Position numbers and translations under genes: made by a program. A stretch of 64,000 bases of DNA from contig JALHQA010000005.1 in the NCBI GenBank assembly GCA_022842205.1, forward strand, positions 81,616-145,615, read 5' to 3'. Within the stretch, counting starts at the first letter, position 1. Every line of letters begins with the position of its first letter. The notes beneath the pieces were generated by a model. That model did no database searches, was not told where the DNA came from, and saw only the letters and a list, made by a program, of their open reading frames with translations. This DNA is from Hyphomicrobiales bacterium (GTDB taxonomy: Bacteria; Pseudomonadota; Alphaproteobacteria; Rhizobiales; Methylopilaceae). Positions 8,716 through 14,785 of the stretch are shown one piece after another.

Positions 8716-9247
8716 GCGGAGAGGATTGCCCGATTCTCAAAACCACAGGAGTCGGAGTTTGGTCGGGTGCCACCCGATAAGGGTGGCATAGCCTCTGCCG
8801 ACGCCGGGGCGCTGCCCCGGCTCGCCAGAGGCTAGCTCGTGTCACGTCGTTGCGTGCTATTTCTTGTGAAGCAATCCCCTCTCCCGGTCGCTTCGCGACT
8901 CGGCCTCTCCCGCACGCGGGCGAGGCGGGCGCGCGCCCGAGAGAATGCGTCTCCCCCCCGTGCCGGGGCGCAGCGGCGCAGGCGCATCCGGGGACTAACA
9001 TATGTAAATCCGCGTTCGCGGATTTCGCGGCAATATTGCGGCGTGACCGAACTGCGCCAACCCGATCCGGACGACAAATTCCTTGGCGGCCTGGCCGTTG
9101 CCAGCCTCGTCCTCACCATGCTGATACTGGCGATCTTCTTCCTCGACCTGATCTAGCCTCGCGGCCCGCGCCAAGCATCCGCCGCGTGGCGGGCGCGCTG
9201 GACAGCGCCCTCGCGCGGGCTATCCTTGCCCGGAGGGCGGGGGAGCG

Positions 9248-9892
9248 ATGCTGCAATATGAACGGCGGGTGCAGGCCTACGCGGTCGGGCTCGCGGCGCT
9301 GGCGGGTTTTGTCGACGCGCTGGGCTTCCTGAAGCTCGGCGGCTTCTTCATTTCCTTCATGAGCGGAAACTCGACGCGGCTTGCGGTCGGCCTCGCGGAG
9401 AACGCGCGCGACGCTTTGATCGCGGGCGGGCTGATCGCAGTCTTCGTCGCGGGCGTCGTGCTCGGCTCGCTGACCGGCCATCTCGCCGGCCCGGCCGGAC
9501 GGCGGCCGGTCGTACTGCTGATGGTCTCGGCGCTGCTGGCCGCCGGCGCCGCGCTCGATCTGTATGGCCACGGCATCGCGGCCATCGCCGCCATCGCGCT
9601 CGCCATGGGCGCCGAAAACGCCATCTTCGAGCGCGACGGCGAAGTGACCATCGGGCTGACCTACATGACCGGCACGCTGGTCAAGATGGGCCAGCGCATC
9701 ACCGGCGCGCTGACCGGCGGCAGCCGCACCGCCTGGATTCCCTATCTGATGCTGTGGCTCGGCCTCGTGCTCGGCGCGGCGGCGGGCGCCACGGCCTATG
9801 TACATATCGGCCTCGCGGCGCTGTGGTTTGCTGCGGCCGGCGCCTTCACGCTGGCGCTGGGGCTTTATTCGGTGGGACCGAGGGCGGGGTGA
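9248..9892 (+). CDS. YoaK-family (DUF1275) inner-membrane protein
   Basis: The 214-aa protein has about 6 TM segments. The motif 'GFVDALGFLKLGGFFISFMSGNSTRLAV' is typical of DUF1275. Confidence 0.75.
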   Translation: MLQYERRVQAYAVGLAALAGFVDALGFLKLGGFFISFMSGNSTRLAVGLAENARDALIAGGLIAVFVAGVVLGSLTGHLAGPAGRRPVVLLMVSALLAAGAALDLYGHGIAAIAAIALAMGAENAIFERDGEVTIGLTYMTGTLVKMGQRITGALTGGSRTAWIPYLMLWLGLVLGAAAGATAYVHIGLAALWFAAAGAFTLALGLYSVGPRAG

Positions 9893-9957
9893 AAGCCAGG
9901 GTGTGTTCCTCTCCGAAGACCCTGATGGCCCGAGATCATCCCGAGAGGTTGGAAAGA

Positions 9958-9998
9958 AAATATTCCTTGACTGTCGATCGCTCCCATAATAGGAATAT
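9958..9998 (+). promoter_or_regulatory. candidate sigma70-type promoter embedded in an inverted repeat, upstream of the 10029 gene
   Basis: 'ttgact'(9967-9972)-N17-'taggaa'(9990-9995). It is flanked by the inverted repeat 'aatattcct'(9958-9966) / 'aggaatata'(9991-9999), matching at 8 of 9 positions. Confidence 0.25.
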
Positions 9999-10028
9999 AA
10001 GCCGATAGAGCAAAGGGCAGGAGGGGCG

Positions 10029-10751
10029 GTGGGGCAATTTTCGGAACTTCACGGCAGGCTGCTGCGGCTGAAGCTTGAGGCACGGGCGGCGCTCACGAAA
10101 GCCGGAGAGGCTGAGGACAGGCGTTCACCGCCCGGCACGCTTGAGAGCAAGACGCTCGCGGAGGCGACCGAAGATCTCTGGCGCGTGCTCGATGCACTTC
10201 ATGGCAAGGCGAATTTCGATCCGAACCAGCCGCGTGTGCCGGCGGGAAATTCGGATGGCGGGCAGTGGACGGATGGGACCCAGGCAACGCCGGAGGGCGG
10301 CAAGCCGAGAGCAAGAGGTACAGAACATAAGCCCTCGGGTTCACCGCAAGCCCTGACCAGTTTTCTCGATCGGATGAACGAGCAGGGCTATCAATGGGTC
10401 AACAATGTTCTGCTCGCCGCAGGGCACCATCTTGTGCCCGTGGCCGTAGTACGAAAGCTGGGCATTCCTGCCGAAACCGCAAAGGTGCTGGGCGATACAA
10501 CGGGGCCGTTACTACCGCCCCGTCACGGCTGGAACGAAGCGCATGCAAAATACAGTAGGGAAGCCGAAAAAGTAGTTGGCGATTTTGCCAAGGCGAGAGG
10601 CAAACTGCCGAGTCAACTCACCCCGGATGATGGCCGAGCGCTTATGAAGGAATTTTGGCATTCCAAGAATCCTGTCATTCGGCAGTTTAACTTGAACATT
10701 TTTCGCACCGAAATCACCCGCCAGGTTGCGCGGCGTGGCAGGCACCGATAG
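10029..10751 (+). CDS. hypothetical protein; C-terminal domain resembles [A/G]HH-type HNH/EndoVII nuclease toxins
   Basis: GTG start follows 'ggcaggagggg'. The N-terminus is helical, followed by 'NQPRVPAGNSDGGQWTDG' and a low-complexity linker. The C-terminal domain has 'AAGHHLVPVAV' ... 'LLPPRHGWNEAHAKY', which parallels the AHH-family pattern HH[IL][IV]P ... LP..H.G.H..Y. The assignment is from motifs only. Confidence 0.4.
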   Translation: MGQFSELHGRLLRLKLEARAALTKAGEAEDRRSPPGTLESKTLAEATEDLWRVLDALHGKANFDPNQPRVPAGNSDGGQWTDGTQATPEGGKPRARGTEHKPSGSPQALTSFLDRMNEQGYQWVNNVLLAAGHHLVPVAVVRKLGIPAETAKVLGDTTGPLLPPRHGWNEAHAKYSREAEKVVGDFAKARGKLPSQLTPDDGRALMKEFWHSKNPVIRQFNLNIFRTEITRQVARRGRHR

Positions 10752-10799
10752 CCCACGACACAGAGCGACTTTCGCCGTTGACCGAGTTAAGCTTCAGCG

Positions 10800-11210
10800 A
10801 TGGCCCGCATACAGATTGCTATCAGCGACGAACAGCAGGCCTGCGAATGGCTGAAGCTGTATCGCCGTATGTTGAAAGTCATGCGGCCTCTCGGTCGCGA
10901 CGACTATGGTAGCGATGGTGACTACTGGGTTTTCAACGAGAATTGGGGGCCGGAATGCCTTCAGCAGAAGATATTTATCTTCAATCTTGAGATGATCCGG
11001 CCCGAGCTGATCCAGGCCCTGAGACGCCAACTCGCCTCCTATCCGCATTGGGAAATCGTGATTGCGATTTGTTCCAATGAATCGTGGCCCAAGATGGGCC
11101 TGTATGTGCGGCACCACGAAATCATCGATGGGTTGCAGCGCGACTATTTTCCGCCGGAGTATCGCGGCTTTCAGTATGAAGATGCGCGGCCGGGCACGGA
11201 GAACGACTGA
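10800..11210 (+). CDS. small acidic cytoplasmic protein; candidate cognate immunity protein
   Basis: 136 aa with no TM segment or signal peptide. It lies 48 nt downstream of the putative toxin on the same strand, with lower GC than the backbone. No family was recognised. Confidence 0.4.
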   Translation: MARIQIAISDEQQACEWLKLYRRMLKVMRPLGRDDYGSDGDYWVFNENWGPECLQQKIFIFNLEMIRPELIQALRRQLASYPHWEIVIAICSNESWPKMGLYVRHHEIIDGLQRDYFPPEYRGFQYEDARPGTEND

Positions 11211-11264
11211 CGGCGTATGCGGCGCACGGCGCGCCATCGGTGCAAGTATGGCATGCCATTTCGT

Positions 11265-11342
11265 TCATGCACGCCGAAGCTCGGGGTCGCCGGCATTGTA
11301 CAGCTCGCCCGCAAGCATTTTCTGTTTTTCGGTGAGAGACAT
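11265..11342 (-). pseudogene. truncated 5' fragment (25 codons) of a maa-like acetyltransferase gene
   Basis: It translates to 'MSLTEKQKMLAGELYNAGDPELRRA*'. Over the first 69 nt from the start codon, 61 are identical to the start of maa at 7974. The homology ends abruptly. Confidence 0.75.
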
Positions 11343-11347
11343 GGGGC

Positions 11348-12193
11348 TCAGTTCACCAGAACCGGCAGCGCTTCAGTGAGCGATCTTTGACAAACAAAAT
11401 CTGGAACGATCCCGGCAGCTGCGTCGCGAAAATGCTTCTCACGCGCGATGTCCTCTTGGGTCCAATGTGAAATTCGAACAAGCTTTTCATACATCGCTGG
11501 ATCAACTTCCGCGCCGAAGCGCGCCCATACTGAGAAACAACCGGCTTGCTTTGCCATGAAAATGTCTTTCGCCAAGCTATCACCAACATATGCCGTACGT
11601 GCTGGAATGCTTTGCTCCTTAGCAAGGATGTCGTGCAGAGTTTTGGGGTTAGGCTTCATATCGTCCGGCGGCAGTTCGACTACATAACCCCGGAAATCAT
11701 CGATCGCTTCGGCGGGCGCATGTTTCGAGATTCCACGCCGCCGACAGTATACCTTTTCAAAACGGTCTATCAGGTCGAGCTTTTCAATCCGCCCTACGGC
11801 CGAATAGTATTTACTGTCCGTATAGGCAAGGACCTTGATTGAAGCCGCCTTCAACTGATCGAGAGTTTCAAGTGTCCCAGGGAACAGTCGAAGATTGTTT
11901 TTTCTGGTTTTATTGAATGCGTAGAAAGCCTCGTCGATCTTCTCTTTAAACACCTTTTCGGGCATTCGATTCTTCAGAGATAGGATAGTCGGAGTTTCAA
12001 GAAGGCTAAACGGATGTTCCACGTCCTGATTGTTGACGTGGACCTGTTGGATTTCCGTGAGTAAGTCGTCGCGATCGACTCCTAGGCTATCAACCGCAGA
12101 GTCGATCATCGCGTAGAATGCAGGAATAAACGCCGAGTACCAATCGTAGATAGTGTTATCTAAGTCAAAAATGGCAACTTCGTACTTATTCAT
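11348..12193 (-). CDS. HAD-superfamily hydrolase (subfamily IA-like, with cap domain)
   Basis: HAD motif I 'FDLDNTI', motif II 'AYTDS', motif III Lys 'MKPNP' and motif IV 'VGDSLAKD' are all present. The gene is AT-rich with atypical codon usage. ATGA overlap with the upstream gene. Confidence 0.8.
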   Translation of the reverse strand: MNKYEVAIFDLDNTIYDWYSAFIPAFYAMIDSAVDSLGVDRDDLLTEIQQVHVNNQDVEHPFSLLETPTILSLKNRMPEKVFKEKIDEAFYAFNKTRKNNLRLFPGTLETLDQLKAASIKVLAYTDSKYYSAVGRIEKLDLIDRFEKVYCRRRGISKHAPAEAIDDFRGYVVELPPDDMKPNPKTLHDILAKEQSIPARTAYVGDSLAKDIFMAKQAGCFSVWARFGAEVDPAMYEKLVRISHWTQEDIAREKHFRDAAAGIVPDFVCQRSLTEALPVLVN

Positions 12194-12780
12194 TTTGGTG
12201 CCAGTGAGAGGTTGCTAATGACCAAAATGGCCGTTGCCGCGAGCAGAAGGAAGACGATAACGACGGTATAAAACCGGGCAATTTTTTCGCGCGCATTCTT
12301 CCGGATAGAGCCAGTGTAACGGAACCCCGATGGCGCCGACTTATCGACATCAGCATCGGTGTAACGACTAAAGTGTGAAATGGCTTGTGTCATGCCCATT
12401 CGTAACCCCAGCATTTTCCGTAGGTGTTGCTCTTCAAGATCCTCGCCAAACGTCACCGCCCCTCTCAGCATTTTGTGATAAACTTCTAAATCGAGTTGTC
12501 TGACGCCGTATACGGCGAATGCCGTTGCTAAAATTATTAGTACGGACACATGAAGTTCGATTTGCATGTCGCAGACAGCGAAGCGCCAGAAATAGTGGTC
12601 GTCGCTTCGGTTGAACAATACGATTGAAAGGCCGAGGGCGGCTGCGACGAACGTCAATCCAAGCTGCCGTGATTTCACGCTCATTTCATTGAAATGCTCT
12701 TGTGTCTCCACGACGCGCGTCCAAAGCGCGATGAGTTGTTCGGGTGATGGTTTGATGCTGGACTTCGGTTTAGCGGCCAT
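12190..12780 (-). CDS. predicted 3-TM membrane protein of unknown function
   Basis: 196 aa. An amphipathic N-terminal helix is followed by TM1 'LGLTFVAAALGLSIVLF' and TM2 'LHVSVLIILATAFAVYGV'. A soluble stretch of about 75 aa precedes TM3 'FYTVVIVFLLLAATAILVISNL'. SD 'gggggga' lies upstream. The gene is translationally coupled to the HAD gene. Confidence 0.6.
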   Translation of the reverse strand: MAAKPKSSIKPSPEQLIALWTRVVETQEHFNEMSVKSRQLGLTFVAAALGLSIVLFNRSDDHYFWRFAVCDMQIELHVSVLIILATAFAVYGVRQLDLEVYHKMLRGAVTFGEDLEEQHLRKMLGLRMGMTQAISHFSRYTDADVDKSAPSGFRYTGSIRKNAREKIARFYTVVIVFLLLAATAILVISNLSLAPK

Positions 12781-12994
12781 GTGTCTATCCCCCCGATTTA
12801 AGCTTCACTAGACCGCCGCCTATCTTCAACCTTCATTTTGTTCCCGTTTTGTTCATTTTGCAACCGAGGCACCCACATAAAGCTTCCTTTATGTCCGCCT
12901 TGCCCCGTGCCCCGGCTCCATGCTAGGCAGGCGGCCAAATCGCGTCCGCGATAGCGGACAGCCAAGCCCATACCCAAAAGACAGAGAGAGCCGC

Positions 12995-14404
12995 ATGAAC
13001 GCCCACGCCGCGCAGGATTATGCCGTCGCCGACATCAAGCTCGCGGACTGGGGCCGCAAGGAGCTCGACATCGCCGAGACCGAGATGCCGGGCCTGATGG
13101 CCACGCGCACTGAGTTTGGCAAGAAGCAGCCGCTGAAGGGCGCGCGCATCGCCGGCTCGCTGCACATGACGATCCAGACCGGCGTCTTGATCGAGACGCT
13201 TAAGGCGCTTGGCGCCGATGTGCGCTGGGCCTCGTGCAACATCTATTCGACGCAGGACCACGCCGCCGCCGCCATCGCCGCCGCCGGCGTGCCGGTGTTC
13301 GCCATCAAGGGCGAGAGCCTGACGGACTATTGGGAATACACCCACAAGATCTTCGAATGGCATGACGGCGGCGTGCCGAACATGATCCTCGACGACGGCG
13401 GCGACGCGACGCTTCTGATCCATCTCGGCAAGCGCGCGGAAGCGGGCGATGTCGCCTTCCTCGAAGGCGCGACCAACGAGGAAGAGGAAGTTCTGTTCGC
13501 CGCCATCAAGGAGCGGCTGAAGACCAAAAAGGGCTGGTACACGAAAGTGGCCGAGGCCATTCGCGGCGTCACCGAAGAGACGACGACCGGCGTGCACCGT
13601 CTGTACGAGATGCACAAGAAGGGCCAGCTGCTGTGGCCGGCGATCAATGTCAACGACTCGGTGACGAAGTCGAAATTCGACAATCTCTACGGCTGCAAGG
13701 AATCGCTCGTCGACGGCATCCGCCGCGGCACCGACGTCATGATGGCCGGCAAGGTCGCGATGGTCGCGGGCTTCGGCGATGTCGGCAAGGGCTCGGCGGC
13801 ATCCTTACGCAATGCCGGCTGCCGCGTGCTCGTCTCCGAGGTCGATCCGATCTGCGCGCTGCAGGCGGCGATGGAAGGCTATGAGGTCGTGACGATGGAA
13901 GAGGCCGCGCCGCGCGCCGACATCTTCGTGACCTGCACCGGCAATGTCGATGTCATTACGGTCGATCACATGCGGGAGATGAAGGACCGCGCCATCGTCT
14001 GCAATATCGGCCACTTCGACTCGGAGATTCAGGTCGCGGCCCTGAAGAACTTCAAATGGTCGAACGTCAAGCCGCAGGTCGACGAGATCGAATTCCCGTC
14101 GGGCCGCCGCATCATCCTTCTGTCCGAAGGCCGGCTCGTCAATCTCGGCAACGCGACGGGTCATCCGAGCTTCGTGATGTCGGCGTCCTTCACCAACCAG
14201 ACGCTGGCGCAGATCGAGCTCTACACCAATCCCGGCAAATATTCGGTCGGCGTGTATGTGCTGCCGAAGCACCTCGACGAAAAGGTCGCGGCGCTGCATC
14301 TCGACAAGGTCGGCGCCAAGCTGACGAAACTGTCGGAAAAGCAGTCGGGCTATATCAACGTGCCGGTCCAGGGGCCGTACAAGCCCGAGACGTATAGGTA
14401 TTGA
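12995..14404 (+). CDS. ahcY: S-adenosyl-L-homocysteine hydrolase
   Basis: '[28 protein letters not shown]...' plus the NAD-binding motif 'GFGDVGKG'. Full-length at 469 aa from the internal ATG 12995. Confidence 0.95.
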   Translation: MNAHAAQDYAVADIKLADWGRKELDIAETEMPGLMATRTEFGKKQPLKGARIAGSLHMTIQTGVLIETLKALGADVRWASCNIYSTQDHAAAAIAAAGVPVFAIKGESLTDYWEYTHKIFEWHDGGVPNMILDDGGDATLLIHLGKRAEAGDVAFLEGATNEEEEVLFAAIKERLKTKKGWYTKVAEAIRGVTEETTTGVHRLYEMHKKGQLLWPAINVNDSVTKSKFDNLYGCKESLVDGIRRGTDVMMAGKVAMVAGFGDVGKGSAASLRNAGCRVLVSEVDPICALQAAMEGYEVVTMEEAAPRADIFVTCTGNVDVITVDHMREMKDRAIVCNIGHFDSEIQVAALKNFKWSNVKPQVDEIEFPSGRRIILLSEGRLVNLGNATGHPSFVMSASFTNQTLAQIELYTNPGKYSVGVYVLPKHLDEKVAALHLDKVGAKLTKLSEKQSGYINVPVQGPYKPETYRY

Positions 14405-14411
14405 TGGCGGT

Positions 14412-14515
14412 CCTCATCCTGAGGAGGCGCGCAGCGCCGTCTCGAAGGATGAGGGGTTTGCCGATTGTGGCCCATCCTTCGAGACGCGCCCTGACGGGCG
14501 CTCCTCAGGATGAGG
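14412..14515. repeat. nested palindromic intergenic repeat element (two inverted copies of a ~43-bp hairpin unit)
   Basis: Outer arms 'cctcatcctgaggag' (14412-14426) and 'ctcctcaggatgagg' (14501-14515) are perfect complements. The same holds for inner arms 'gtctcgaaggatg' (14439-14451) and 'catccttcgagac' (14473-14485). Each half is also self-complementary ('cctcatcct'/'aggatgagg'). Confidence 0.75.
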
Positions 14516-14532
14516 GTCGGGCCGGTTTGCTG

Positions 14533-14622
14533 GGACCCTCTCCCGTCAGAACTCGGCTGCTGCCGAGCTCTGCTTTCTGGTGGCCAGGTCGGAAACATCC
14601 GGCTTGGCTCGGGAGAGGATAA
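14533..14622. repeat. second inverted-repeat intergenic element
   Basis: 'cctctcccg' (14536-14544) pairs with 'cgggagagg' (14611-14619), and there is internal 'actcggc...gccgagc' pairing. A related 'cccctctcccg' motif occurs at 8877-8887. Confidence 0.45.
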
Positions 14623-14785
14623 TCCACACTCCGTCCACAGCTTGTCCCCAATCCCGCCCACAGACCGGATTTAATTGACTCCCTGAGTCCGCGCGTCTTG
14701 GGCGCGAGTCGCGACGCATGTAGATTGTCCTGATTCGGGGACGGTCGCGCGGGGGCGGCCGCTGCTGGTTCGAGGCGGGGACTCT

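Noticed and set aside
9043-9156. A possible 37-aa single-TM peptide ('VTELRQPDPDDKFLGGLAVASLVLTMLILAIFFLDLI*') upstream of yoaK.
   Set aside because: It would need a GTG start with no recognisable Shine-Dalgarno sequence. It lies at the tail of a long repeat-derived ORF, and there is no supporting evidence. It is kept only as a note.
12781-12994. A possible SAH or SAM-II riboswitch in the ahcY leader.
   Set aside because: I looked for the conserved SAH-riboswitch core as I remember it ('aggagcgcugc ... caggcucgg ... aacggcgcuca') and the pseudoknot arrangement. Only a trivial 'ccgagg' match is present. An Infernal scan would settle it, but nothing convincing is visible.
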